Origin: Felis catus
Taxonomy: Eukaryota
Length of the DNA: 64,000 nt
Reading direction: 5' to 3'
Assembly (NCBI RefSeq): GCF_018350175.1
Contig: NC_058368.1
Coordinates: forward strand, 93,436,001 to 93,500,000
Part shown: in pieces, positions 1 through 12,240 of the stretch
Layout: every line of letters begins with the position of its first letter
How positions within the stretch are numbered: position 1 is the stretch's first letter
Notes under the pieces: model-generated
What the model was told of the DNA's origin: nothing
The model's input: only the letters and a program-made list of their open reading frames with translations
Databases searched by the model: none
Position numbers and translations under genes: made by a program

Positions 1-76
1 GTGGAGACCCAAACCAAAAAGAGAAAAGAGCCAAGGCTGAGGCTTTCTGAAGCTGGTTAAAAAGTATAATGGGATA

Positions 77-201
77 TGGGGTGCCCGGGTGGCTCAGTTG
101 TTTGAGTGTCTGACTCTCAATTTGGCTCATGTCATAATCTCATGGTTCATGAGATCAAGTCCTCCACTGGCCTCTGCGCTGGCAGCAGGGAGCCTGTTTG
201 G

Positions 202-248
<47 letters not shown>

Positions 249-345
249 TCTCCCTCTCTCCCTCTCTCCCTCTCTCCCTCTCTCTCTCTCTCTGTCTGCC
301 CCTCCCCCACTAACATGGGCTCTTTCAAAATAAATAAATATTTTT
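77..345 (+). mobile_element. Can-SINE with expanded (CT)n
   Basis: GGGGTGCCCGGGTGGCTCAG head, long CT tract, AAATAAATAAA tail. Confidence 0.95.
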
Positions 346-469
346 TAAAAACTAAAAGGTAAAATGGATAAAACTAAGAGGAATAATTAATTTAGCATTT
401 CTTCTGTGACCATCACAGAGCTAAACCCTTTATCCAGTGCCTCGTCCAGTCTTGCTACCAACCATCAAG

Positions 470-575
470 GAAGAAAATGCTCTTACTACTCCCATTCTAC
501 AGAAGAGGAAACTGAAGACCCGAGAACACAGTCACTTAATGTCACCCAGATAGAAGTGGCCAAGTTCCAAGAGCC
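470..575. mobile_element. MIR relic
   Basis: CCCCATTCTACAGAAGAGGAAACTGAAG matches the MIR core. Confidence 0.7.
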
Positions 576-1271
576 CATAGCTACCTGTGCAGAGAGAAGA
601 AACACTGTACCTACTTTCCTAGCCCCAAACTCACGCCTTCACATGTGGGACAAGCCAGGAAACTTGCCCAAAGTCTAATAACTCAAGCCAGTTGTTGTCG
701 TTGTTGTTTTATTCAGGGTCTATCCTTTTCTCCTCTCCTTCCCCTCACAAAGCAGCCTTGCCACCTTCTCAGGAGATACAGATAGTAACTGCTAAGAAAA
801 ACAAAACTCAGATAAATTTTGAAAGAAAACGTGGCATTACTTTAATCAAATCTCTTCCTTTGAGTTTATGGGCAGAATCTCATTCTAGGAATAATCCTCC
901 ATAATTAAAATTCCCTTGCTTTTATTTTCTTTCTCTTTTGTATTGTATCAAAGACCGTGGATGCTGATCTTTTTCAACAACAGAAAGACACTCCGAAGAA
1001 GCCAGCTGTGTCTCTGTTGGCAACCTGGCTGCAGATGGTGCATGTGGTGGGTGATGAAGAGAACACCTTGCCTCTCTGATGTGCTCCCCGGGCAGAGGAG
1101 CTCCACCAGGGAAAGAGGTGAAGGCCCAGAATCATGTGGAAAGGGCAACAAAATCAGAGCAGAGCTGAATGGGCCTAACCTTGGCAGAGGAAATGCTACA
1201 GAGAGGCCTTCATCACTCCACAGCAATACACCCCACAGAAGGTCTGCCTCTTTAAAAAGAGGCAAGTTCCA

Positions 1272-1388
1272 GGGGTGCCTGGGTGGCTCAGTCAGTTAAG
1301 CGTCCAACTCTGGATTTTGGCTCAGGTCATGATCTCACAGTTCAGGGATTCAAACCCTGTTTTGAGCTCTGCACTATCAATGCTTGGG

Positions 1389-1424
<36 letters not shown>

Positions 1425-1505
1425 CTTTCCCTGCTCGCTCATTCATTCTCTCTCTTTTTCTCTGTCTCAGAAATAAATAAAAAAGCGTTTAAAATATCTT
1501 TTAAA
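1272..1505 (+). mobile_element. Can-SINE
   Basis: GGGGTGCCTGGGTGGCTCAG head, CT tract, A tail. Confidence 0.95.
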
Positions 1506-2004
1506 AACAGATCTGTAATGGAAGAATTTAAAAATCACCATGATTCTTAAAGAACCCCAAGTGGCAAGTCACTAGCCCTCAAAAGTGATGTTGTTCAGCT
1601 TTGAGACAAAAAGGAATCCCAAAGTCATAAGCATTCCCTTAAATAAGGCTCTTGGTCCAGGTCTTGAATTTTGAGTTCCAGTGGTTTGGTAGTCACCAAA
1701 CTTTGAAATGAGAGATCAGGTGTCCATGTTCTCAAGTAACAAAACACAGAAGAGGAAAGTTTCAGCTTTTTAAACAGCTTTTAACTATTCTCTAAGAGCT
1801 AACTCAATCCTAAATGAAAACATACATCCTTTCCTTGACTGGTAATCAATGCCCTGGCCATAACTTTGTGATCCTTGATGATTGTCCTAAGTTCCATGAG
1901 GTAATCCCACACAATCATGAAACACATGCTTCAGAAAGGCATTTTGCTTCTTTGGCACGGAGTCTACCCAAAGACAGCCTGAGGTTTTAAAGAACTGACC
2001 AAAA

Positions 2005-2222
2005 GATCACATAAACGGAAAGGAGAATGGTGGTTGCCAGAGGCTGGGGAAGAAAGAAATGGGGAGCTATTGTTTAATGGGCATAGAGTTTCAGTTTCCC
2101 AAGATGAAAGTTCTGGAGATTGGTTGCACAACAGTGAGAACATACTCAACAATCCTGAATTGTACACTTAAAAATGGTTAAGGTGTGTAAAATTTATGTC
2201 GTGTGTATCCTACCACAATTTA
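2005..2222 (+). mobile_element. L1M (L1MB-like) 3' UTR fragment
   Basis: GGTGGTTGCCAGAGGCTGGGG...GAATTGTACACTTAAAAATGGTTAA is a typical old L1 3' end. Confidence 0.8.
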
Positions 2223-2248
2223 TATCTTTTTAAAAACTGGCTGACAGA

Positions 2249-2350
2249 GGGGCATCTGGCTGGCTCACCTGTAGAACATGCATGCAACTTGTAATCTTGG
2301 GGTCATTAGTTCAAGCCCCATTTTGGGCGTGGAGCCTACTTGAAAAAAAA
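2249..2350 (+). mobile_element. short older Can-SINE
   Basis: SINE head without a CT tract; TGGCTGA repeated on both flanks. Confidence 0.8.
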
Positions 2351-2819
2351 TGGCTGATGGAAAGAAAGTATTAATTCTGAATGAAGGTCAGGAATTATAT
2401 TCAAATGTTTGTTTCCATCTTTCCACCTTTTCAAGTTTTAAATATTCAATTGGGAGTTAACAGTTTAGAACATTTTCTAGTAACTAGTCCTTCCAAGCTT
2501 CCTGGCAAATGAGACATTTGTTGTAATACCTTGAACACTAGGACTATTCAGTATAGTGACATTAGAATAACACAATTTCTACTTGTCACTTAGTTCTACT
2601 AGACCAGAACCTTCCTAAACATTTTCCTGCTAAACAAGTTCCTCTCCCTTCTGTCACTCCAAAAGATTCTAGAGAAAGGCACCTGGTTGAGAGAATTACC
2701 CACATGATCCTTTATTTTGTTATACCAGTTCTGCCTTTACAACACAGTTCTACACACAAATTCTCATCTGTACTTCATAACTGCTCAGTGACAGGAAGAC
2801 AGAGCAGGAGTTTGGTCTT

Positions 2820-3000
2820 TCTAAACCTGCTACGTGCCAGGCATTATAAGTATTCTATACATATTCATTCATCCTCACAGGAGGCTGTGAGGTACACATA
2901 GGTGATTAAAACCAAGGCACTGGAGCTAAGGAACTTGCTACAGTCTTAGAGTTTGGAAGGAAGGTATGGAGCCAAAATTTAAACCTGAGAAGTCTGACTC
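2820..3000. mobile_element. MIR relic
   Basis: GTGCCAGGCATT...CATTCATCCTCACAG...CTGTGAGGTA...GTCTGACTC. Confidence 0.6.
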
Positions 3001-3130
3001 ACATATATTCCACATACATTACACTATATCACTGCTGATAGGAGCACATAAGAAAGCCATACCAAAAAGAGATTCAGAGACCTGGTAATTATACTAGACC
3101 GTACTTTTAAAGAAAATAAAAGGGAGGAGT

Positions 3131-3358
3131 GGTGCCTGGGTGGCTCAGTCAGTTAAGCGTCCAACTTCAGCTCAGGAAATGATCTCATGGCATGTGGGTT
3201 CGAGCCCTGCATCCAGCTCTGTGCTGACAGCTCAGAGCCTAGAGCCTGCTTTGGCTTCTGTGTCTCCCTCTCTCTCTGCCCCTCCCCCACTCATGCTCTG
3301 TCTCTTCTCTCTCAAAGATAAAAATAAAAACATTTTAAAAAAATAAACAAAAAAAAAA
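3131..3358 (+). mobile_element. Can-SINE
   Basis: Full SINE body; AAAAGGGAGGA on both flanks (TSD). Confidence 0.95.
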
Positions 3359-4249
3359 GGGAGGAAATAAGAAGTGAGCTTAACTTCTGGTACTGATTAA
3401 AACTGAGGCTAATCTTATCCTAGGAACGAAAGCATCAACCCTGCCTTTCTCTAGCTGTTTCCATGTGCTTGCCCCAGTAAGACTGTCTCAGTCTACAACT
3501 TACTCAAAGGAATCTTTTAAAGCCATATGTTCATTTAGTGGGTGTTAATTTAAACTAGATAATATAAATCATAAATTCATATAACCACATGCATATAAAC
3601 TTCCATACTCCACAGCACACCAGAAGCAACAAAATAAATGAGAATACCATTGTCAACCACCACCCCGCCATGAGATAGAATCCCCACTCATACCTTTCAG
3701 TACCTCATGATTGTGACATCTGGCCATCTGTCTTATGGATCTGGTGAGCATTCCAGTGTCAAGCTGAATGCCAAATAGGAAACAACAACAACAACAAAAA
3801 CAAAACTAAAGTCTTTCTAGGTAGCATAAAAAGTAAAATCCCTCCAAATATAAAATCATAAAACACAGAACTTCTGAATAAAATATAGTTTTCATCCACT
3901 AAAATGCAGAGCTAAGTTTGAATGAAAATAAGGAAAAGTTTGGGAGCAAAGGGAAAGAAGATATTGTAAAGTAGGTGATAAGTATTAGCTAGAGCCAACC
4001 TGTGTATCTTTGTCAATTGTGGTAATGAAGAGTCTTGTCTTCTGACAGCCACACTAGGAGCCAGGAAGGCAAAGTATAAATTGGTACTGAGACCCCTCAA
4101 TAAAGTCCAAGTTGTGTTAGAGCTACACATTCAGTGGAATAATGGAATAAAAAAAAATAATAAAATTGGCTGGCTGGAAAAATGGAGATAATAAGAAAAT
4201 TTGTCTGTTTTAGTCTGAGCTCAGGAGTGAAGCACTCTTAATCCCATGC

Positions 4250-5870
4250 ATATCCTCACATGGGTTTATAATTTGAATTTGTACCACTAAAGTGGCTCAG
4301 GGAAATGGAAGACTTTAACTTAAAGAACTCCAAGACTGGTAGCTATCCAGGGCACCAATTAGAAGCAGACCCAGATCGACTCTGCAGAGAAATGTAATCA
4401 ACCCAAACTCAAAAGATTCCCAAAGATAAAACACCACAGAACACAGATTTAAAATCCAAAAATACATAATTACTCAAGCTGTCATGGATGAGAATCAGCA
4501 GAAACAACTTCCAGCAAAATTAGAGCCCTAGGAATGATCATATATGCAATACAAAATATAGTAAAATGCTTACATAAATTTAAATGTAACAAAAGTATTA
4601 ATAAGGAAGAATAAATATCAAAACGTTTCAGAGAAAAAACGAAGAATTTAAAAAAATTCTGTGGGTGGGTTAAACTACAGATTAGACACAGGTGAAATGA
4701 GAATTACTAAACTAGAAGTTACATTGAAGAAATTACCTGCAAGGCAGCATAGAGAGACAAAGTGAGAGAAAATACAGGAGAGGGTCGAGACTAACAGTTT
4801 CCACAAAATCTTTCAGGGGATGGATGAGACTGACAGTTGAATTTTGTCTCCAGGTTGCTTTTAGATTGGTTTACTCCTGAAGTGGTAAGTATGGAAATAA
4901 AGATGATATGGTTACAAGGAAATTGAGGTGACTGCCATTGCTTTTTCACTTGTAAGTTTCAGACACACACTGGAGGTTGGAAGAAGGAAAACTGTCATTA
5001 TTCACAGACAACATGATTGTCTATCTAGAAAATCCAGTGGAATCTATAAAATACTCTATGAGAACTAGCAAGAGAGTTTAGCATGATGCATGATGAAAAG
5101 ATACAAGTTCAATATTTAAAAATCAACTGTATTTTACTATACTACCAATGAATATTTGGAAACTGAAAAAAAAATTAATGCAATTTAAAATTGCATCAAA
5201 ACCCATAATATTCTTAGAATGTAATCTGACAAAGTATGTGTAAGACCTATACATTGAAAACTGAAAAACATTGCTAAGGGAAAGTAAAGGAGACCTCAAT
5301 AAATGGAGAAATATAATACGTCCATGGATCAAAAGACTCCATAATATTAAGATGTCAATTTTTCTCAAATTAATTTATAGATTCAACACAATCCCCAGCA
5401 GGCTTTTTTGTTGACATTGGCAAGATGATTCTAAAATTCATATGGAAATGCAAAGGACTTACTACAATACACAGAAGGACTTTAAGAAAGAACAAAAATG
5501 AAGGATTTTCACCACTACACTTCAAAACTTATGTTATAAACCAACCCAAACCAGAAACAACCCAGAAGTCTATCAACAGGTAAATGGGCAAACTGCAATA
5601 TAACCATACAAAGGAATGCCATTCAGCTATAAAAAGGTATGAGCTATTATTAAGATGTACAGCAACATGAATATCAAAATAATTATGCCAATAAAAGAAG
5701 ACAAATAGAGTTCATACTGTTACATTCCATTTGCATGTAAGTCTCAAAAATCCAACTATATATAGTGACAGAATTAGATCAGTGACAACCTTATGGGGTG
5801 AGAGGTCAGAAGGAGAAATCACAATGGGGCATGAGAAGACTTTCCATGATGATGGATACTATCTTTGTAA
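4250..5870 (+). mobile_element. old fragmented L1M (ORF1, ORF2 and 3' remnants)
   Basis: ACAGACAACATGATTGTCTATCTAGAAAATCC and CCATGGATCAAAAGACTCCATAATATTAAGATGTCAATT resemble L1 ORF2; the antisense ORF 5123-5368 is typical L1 read-through. Confidence 0.7.
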
Positions 5871-6144
5871 AAGGATTTAAAACACCATGGCAGTAAGACG
5901 TCAGATTCCCTTGACTTTGACTCTTACCCTTTTCCTGCCCTCTCTTTAATTTGCTATTCCTCTTTCCCCCAAACATTGGCTAACCCAAAACCCACACATA
6001 TTAGAAAAATAGCTCTCAGGAGAACTGTTCTGACAGTTATGTGGATGGGAATGCACCAGCTACACCAAGCAAGAAGCACAAAAAGGAAACAACCTCTAAT
6101 GACTCCAGCTGTGAGATTCACAGCAGTTGAACTTTCTAGAAGAA

Positions 6145-8424
6145 AAAGTGCCACTATTTGCAGATGACATGATACTATATATAGAAAACCTTAAGACTCC
6201 ACCGAAAAAACTATTTCAGAATAAATGAATTCTGAAAAGATGCAGGGTACAGAATTAATACACAAATATCTGTTGTGTTTCTATACACTAATAATGAAGT
6301 AACAGAAACAGAAATTAAGAAAGCAATCCCATTTGCATTAGCACCAAAAAGAATAAAATACCTAAGAATAAATTTAACCAAGGAGGTGAATGACCTAGAC
6401 TCTGAAAACTGTAAGACATAGATGAAAGAAATTAAAGATAACACAAATAAATAAGAAGATATACCATGCTCATGGATAGGCAGAATTAATACTGTTAAAA
6501 TGTCCATACTACCCAAAGCAATATACTGCCCAAAGCAAGATTCAATGTAATTCCTATTAAAATACCAATAGCATTTTTCACAGAACTAGAACCAATAATA
6601 CTAAAACTTGTATGGAACCCAAAGAACAAAGCTGGAGATATCATAAGCCCTAATTTCAAACTATACTACAAAGCTCTAGTAATCAAGACACTATGGTACA
6701 GCACAAAAATAGACACATAGATCAATGGAACAGAATTGAGGCCAGAAATAATCCCATGCTTATATGGCCAATTAATCTATGATGAAGGAGATACAATGGG
6801 GGAAAGACAGTCTCTTAAATAAATGGTACTAGGAAAACTGGACAGCTGCATGCAAAAGAATGAAACTAGACCAATTTGTTGAACCACACACCAAGGTAGG
6901 ACCTAAATATAAGAAATGAAATCACGGGGGCACCTGGGTGGCGCAGTCGGTTAAGCGTCCGACTTCAGCCAGGTCGAGATCTCGCGGTTCGTGAGTTCGA
7001 GCCCCGCGTCGGGCTCTGGGCTGATGGCTCAGAGCCTGGAGCCTGTTTCCGATTCTGTGTCTCCCTCTCTCTCTGCCCCTCCCCTGTTCATGCTCTGTCT
7101 CTCTCTGTCCCAAAAAAAATAAATAAACGTTGAAAAAAAATTAAAAAAAAAAAAAAGAAATGAAATCACGAAATTCCTAAAAGAAAAAATGAGTGGTAAA
7201 CTCAGGGACATCAGTTTTCACCACATTTTTCTGGATCTGTCTCCTCAGGCGATGGAAACAAAAGCAAAATTAAACAATTGGGACTACATTAAAGCACAAA
7301 GCTTTTGCACAGCAAGAGAAACCATCAATAATCAAAAAAGGTAACCTACTGAAAGGGAAAAGATATTTGCAAATGACATACCCAATAAGGGGTTAATATC
7401 CAAAATATAAAGAACTTATACAACTCAAAATACACACAAAAAACCACAAATAATCCAATTTAAAAATGGGTAGGGGACTTGAATAGACATTTTCCCAAAG
7501 AGGACATACAGATAGCCAATGGACACATGAAAAGATGCTTAACATCACTCATCATCAGGGAAATGCAAATCAAAATCAAAATAAGATTATCACCTCACCT
7601 GTCAGAATAGCTAATACCAAAGAGACAAGAAATAACAAGGGTTGGTGAAGATGGAGGAAAAGGATTCCTCATGTGCTGTTGGCGGTACTGTAAATTGGTG
7701 CAGCCAACATGGAAAACAGTATGGAGGGTCCTGAAAAAAATTAAAAGTAGAAATAACATATGATCCAGTAATTCTACTTCTGAATATTAAAGAAAATAAA
7801 AACATTAATTCAAAAAGATATTGGCACCCTATGTTCACTGCAGCATTATTTACAACAGTCAAGATATGGAAACAACCCAAGTGTTCATCCACAGATGAAT
7901 GGATACGGAAGATGTGGTGTATATACATACAATGGAATTCCTCAGCCATACAAGAGTGAAATTTTGCCATTTGTGACAATGTGGGTAGACCTAGAGGGTA
8001 TTATGCTAAGGGAAGTAAGTTAGACAAAGGAAGACTAATACCATATGATTTCACTTATATCTAAAAAACAGAACAAATGAACAAAGAAACAACAACAACA
8101 AGAACACAGAAACAGACTCATAAATACAGAGAGCAGACTGGTGATTGCCAGACGGGAAGGTGGTCAGGAGATGGGCAAAATAGGTAAAGGGGATAAAGAG
8201 ATACAAACTTCCAGTTATAAAATAAATAAGCCACAGTACAGCATAGGCAACATAGTGAATAAGACTGTAATAACTTTGTATGGCGGTAGATGGTAACTAT
8301 GGAGAAAAAGGAGTCCTTTCATGGGGAGAATTTTGTAAGGTATATAAACTCAAATTACTATGATATATACCTGAAACCAACATAATATTGTATGTCAACT
8401 ATACTTGAATTAAAAAAAAAAAAA
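6145..8424 (+). mobile_element. 5'-truncated carnivore L1 (ORF2 RT to C-terminus plus 3' UTR), degenerate
   Basis: TTTGCAGATGACATG encodes FADDM (RT motif); ORF2 C-terminal sequence; 3' end TATGTCAACTATACTTGAATT followed by poly(A). Confidence 0.92.
6927..7156 (+). mobile_element. young felid SINE (SINEC_Fc-like) inserted in L1
   Basis: CpG-rich GGTGGCGCAGTCGGTTAAGCGTCCGACTTCAGCCAGG; perfect 16-bp TSD AAGAAATGAAATCACG at 6911-6926 and 7155-7170. Confidence 0.97.
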
Positions 8425-8426
8425 CT

Positions 8427-8640
8427 AGGGGCACCAGAGTGGCTCAGCCTGTTGACCATCTTGACTCTTGATGTCGGCTCTTGTCATGATCCCAGGGTCA
8501 TGGGATCGAGCCCCACATCCAACTCCACACTGAGCGTGGACCCTGCTTAAGATTCTCTATCTCTCTCCCTCTGCCCCTCTACCCCACTCTCCCTCTCTTT
8601 CTCAAAAAACAAACAACCAAAGAAAACAAAAACAAAAAAA
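8427..8640 (+). mobile_element. Can-SINE in the L1 tail
   Basis: SINE body directly after L1 poly(A). Confidence 0.9.
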
Positions 8641-8808
8641 CCTAAATTAAAACTCTATCTGAACCACGGCACAAGGACATGTGTCCCTCTCTTCTGCTCA
8701 ACCTACAAAACCCAGGCCCTACTTTGAGTAGAGTTACCTCGTCTTCAGAGGCTCCCTGACGCAGATCAGCCAGGGATCTTCATTTCAGTCATGTAAACAT
8801 TGACAACA

Positions 8809-8809
<1 letters not shown>

Positions 8810-8849
<40 letters not shown>

Positions 8850-8916
8850 GTGTGCGTGTACATACAGATATATATGTGTGTGTGTGTATATATATATACA
8901 CATATATATATATATA
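8810..8916. repeat. compound (TG)n/(TA)n microsatellite
   Basis: Directly visible. Confidence 0.95.
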
Positions 8917-9341
8917 AAACACATAATATATTAAATTATGTAGTGCAAATATGTGCAGTTTATTATTATAAAAGGAAGAAGAACAGGCAGGAGCATCCAA
9001 ACAAATCTGAGAGGAGCAACTGGCTCACGCTGGAGGCTATCACAACATTCCACAAACCTTTCCTTCCCTGGATCCAGAGCCTGTTCTGTGAGCGATGTCT
9101 CATCCATTTTCAGCCTCACACCAGAAGCCCTTCCCCTCACTTGGGCAGTGTTTACCCTAGTGAAAACTCACCTACACATGCAATAAGGAGAGTTTTCTCC
9201 TTTTGGCTTCATGAGACGACTGCTTAGTCCCCTCAAGACCTATAAAAATCAGCATCCCGTTGCCAGCCTGAAAAAATAACACTGTAGTCTGGTTTGTACT
9301 CTGGTTTCTTTTCAGATCAAATATATCTTTTGCCCTTTTAC

Positions 9342-9383
<42 letters not shown>
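9342..9383. repeat. (AAT)n microsatellite
   Basis: Directly visible. Confidence 0.97.
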
Positions 9384-9385
<2 letters not shown>

Positions 9386-9441
9386 CACCATTCTCAGAAT
9401 TTCTACATGAAATCACATTTATTATTTTTTAAAGAACAGAA

Positions 9442-9685
9442 GGGGTCCCTGGGTGGGTCAGTCAGTTAAGCATCTGATTCTTGATTTCAGCTCAGATCAT
9501 CATCTCAGTTTGTGAGTTCTAGCTCCACGTGGAGCTCCTTGCTGACAACACAGAGCCTCCTTGAGATTCTCTCTCTCTCTCCTTCTCTCTCTGCCCCTTC
9601 CTCGCTTGTACATGCACGTTCTCTCTCTCTCTCTCTCTCAAAATAAAAACTTAAAAAAAAACTTTTCAAATAAATAAATAATAAA
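9442..9685 (+). mobile_element. Can-SINE
   Basis: SINE body; AAAGAACA on both flanks. Confidence 0.92.
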
Positions 9686-9744
9686 GAACAAATGTATTGC
9701 TGACCTAGAAAACTAATGTATACAAAGTTATGGTCATATACTCT

Positions 9745-9971
9745 TTTTTAAATTTCTTTTAACATTTATTTATTTATTTCTGCGAGACAGAGAGAGAGAC
9801 AGACAGAGTGAGAGCAGGGGAGGAGCAGAGAGAGGGAGACACAGAATCCAAAACAAGCTCCAGGCTCCGAGCTGTAATCACACAGCCCCATGCTGAGCTC
9901 AAACCCACAGACCACGAGATCATGACCTGAGGCAAGTCAGACACTTAACTGACTGAACCACCCAAGTGCCC
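9745..9971 (-). mobile_element. Can-SINE
   Basis: Reverse SINE; CATATACTCTT on both flanks. Confidence 0.93.
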
Positions 9972-10039
9972 TGCATGGGCATATACTCTTAATTCTCACC
10001 TTCTCTTGTTAGTTTCAGCCATAGTTGGGATTTTTCATT

Positions 10040-10238
10040 TTGTTTTTTGAGAGAGAGAGAGTTGGGTGGAGGGGCAGAGGAGAAAGAGAGGAAGAGAGAG
10101 AGAATCCTAAGCAGGCTCCATGCTCAGCGCTGAGCCCTTGCGAAGCCTGAGACAGGGCTCAGTCCCACAGCCCAGAGAACATGACTTGAGCTGAAATCCA
10201 GAGTCGGATGCTCAACTGACTGAGCCCCCCAGATGCCC
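10040..10238 (-). mobile_element. Can-SINE
   Basis: Reverse SINE body. Confidence 0.9.
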
Positions 10239-11154
10239 GTGGGTCATAGCTTGTAATTTCATAAATACAAACACCAGAGTACACTTTGTCTTTGGAGATA
10301 AAACAAATCTCCAGCCTTCTGCAATCCGTCTATTCTCATGTGATACCGGGACCAAGTGAAAGAGGAAGAAGGCAGGGGAAGAGATCTGCCTCCCTTGCCC
10401 AACTCAACGCCCTGTATACCATCCCCACCTTGAGTAGAGTAACTAACAAGCAACCGGCCAAGTAACCTCCAATAGTACACACTACCCCTGTTTCCTAGGG
10501 CATGAAGGCAGGAGGCAACCGTGCTGTTACTGGATATCCCCCTGCATGACCAGGAGAAAATGAGCAAGAAAAGAGAGGTTCCTGTTGTGGTATGTTTTGT
10601 TTTCAGACAGGCCACTTGAGGTTTCTCCCAGCCTCGAGGCTGGGGTGCCTCGGCGGTCCAGTGACACCTCTGCGTACATATGAAAATGAGTGAGGAGAAC
10701 CCAGAGGGTAAAATCGCCATTTAAACAAGCGCATACAGCAGGCATTAAATGTGCTTGTAGAACGACTCAAGTCTTGAAACCTACCTGAGCAATCCATTCG
10801 ACCTATGTGTTTCCCATGTCCTGTTCCCATGGGGACGATGTGGTCAGGCCATTACCCTGTGGTAATTGCATTTACTCTAAGACAGAATAAGGGTTAGACG
10901 TCCCATCTTGCAAAAACCAGGGAGTCATCTTATCCTCCACAATGTCTTCTGGTCACTTGCATCCTTGAACTATAAGCTCTAAGTCTTCCATTCGGGTGGG
11001 GAGGGGGGGAGGGGAAAGGATTACACAGAATATAACCACAAATAGAGTCCACTGGTCCTTAAATAAGCCACCTAGTTCCATATAATGGGGAGGACAAGCG
11101 ATAATTGCAACACAAGCTATCTGGCAACTCTTGCAGGTACCATCAGGCTAATTT

Positions 11155-11379
11155 AAAAAAAAATTTTTAATGTTTATTTATTTTGAGAGAAAGAGAGAGA
11201 AAGAGAGTGTGTGCAAGTGGGGGAGGGGCAGAAAGAGAAGGAGAGAGAGAATCCCAAGCAGGCTCCTTCACAGTGATAGCGCAGAGCCTGACATGGAACT
11301 CGGTCCCACCAAGCATGAGATCATGACTGGAGCCGATATTGAGTCTGAAGCTTAACTGAATGAGGCCCCCAGGCGCCCC
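11155..11379 (-). mobile_element. Can-SINE (tandem pair, first)
   Basis: Reverse SINE ending CCAGGCGCCCC. Confidence 0.93.
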
Positions 11380-11396
11380 TCCATCAGACTAATTTT

Positions 11397-11614
11397 ATTT
11401 ATTTTTTATTTTTTTTAACGTTTATTTATTTTTGAGACAGAGAGAGACATGAACAGGGGAGAGTCAGAGAGAGAGGGAGACACAGAAGGTGAAGCAGGCT
11501 CCAGGCTCTGAGCTGTCAGCACAGAGCCAGATGCAGGGCTCGAACTCACGGACCATGAGATCATGACCTGAGCCAAAGTCAGACGCTTAACCGACTGAGC
11601 CACCCAGGTGCCCC
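11397..11614 (-). mobile_element. Can-SINE (tandem pair, second)
   Basis: Reverse SINE ending CCAGGTGCCCC. Confidence 0.95.
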
Positions 11615-12026
11615 TATCAGGCTAATTTTAAATGAGATTGGTCTCTGCGTCCTTTCATCTACAGTAAGTTGTTTGGATACCGATTACAACCAGAGGGAAG
11701 TTCTGGCCAGGGGGTGTAGCATACGTGGGCACACCGAATTTAGCTTGTGGGAAATAAAACCTCTCCCACACACCATTTCCTGTTCACACCTCTTAATTTG
11801 TGTATGCGATGTCAAGGTCTTGATTTGCACTTGAGATGCTAATGAAATCGTTTTTTACAATTGCTAAACACAATTTTTCATGCCCTAAGGCCTTTCTGAT
11901 TTCAGAAATGAATCAGAACGCTAGAGTCCTATACCTGCTATTCTGTCCTCTAAAATTCTCTTTATTTGCCATTAGTAGTTAACCCTCATTACTAGCTTAA
12001 GACTCTTATTAAATATTCCCCATTCA

Positions 12027-12240
12027 GGGGAGCCTGGGTGGCTCAGTCGGTTGAGCATCCAACTTTCAGCTCAGGTCATGATTTCATGGTTCATGAGTTT
12101 GAGACCTGCATCAGGCTCTGTGCTGTCAGAGCAGAGCCTGCTTCAGATCCTCTGTCTCCTTCTCTCTCTGTCCCTCCCCCACTCATTTTCTCTCTCTCTG
12201 TCTCTCTCTCTCTCCTAAAAATAAATAAACATTAAAAAAT
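12027..12240 (+). mobile_element. Can-SINE
   Basis: Full SINE body. Confidence 0.93.

Noticed and set aside
10607..10722. Possible plus-strand exon encoding MKMSEENPEG
   Set aside because: Weak donor, early stop if unspliced, unrecognised peptide and no downstream partner exon.
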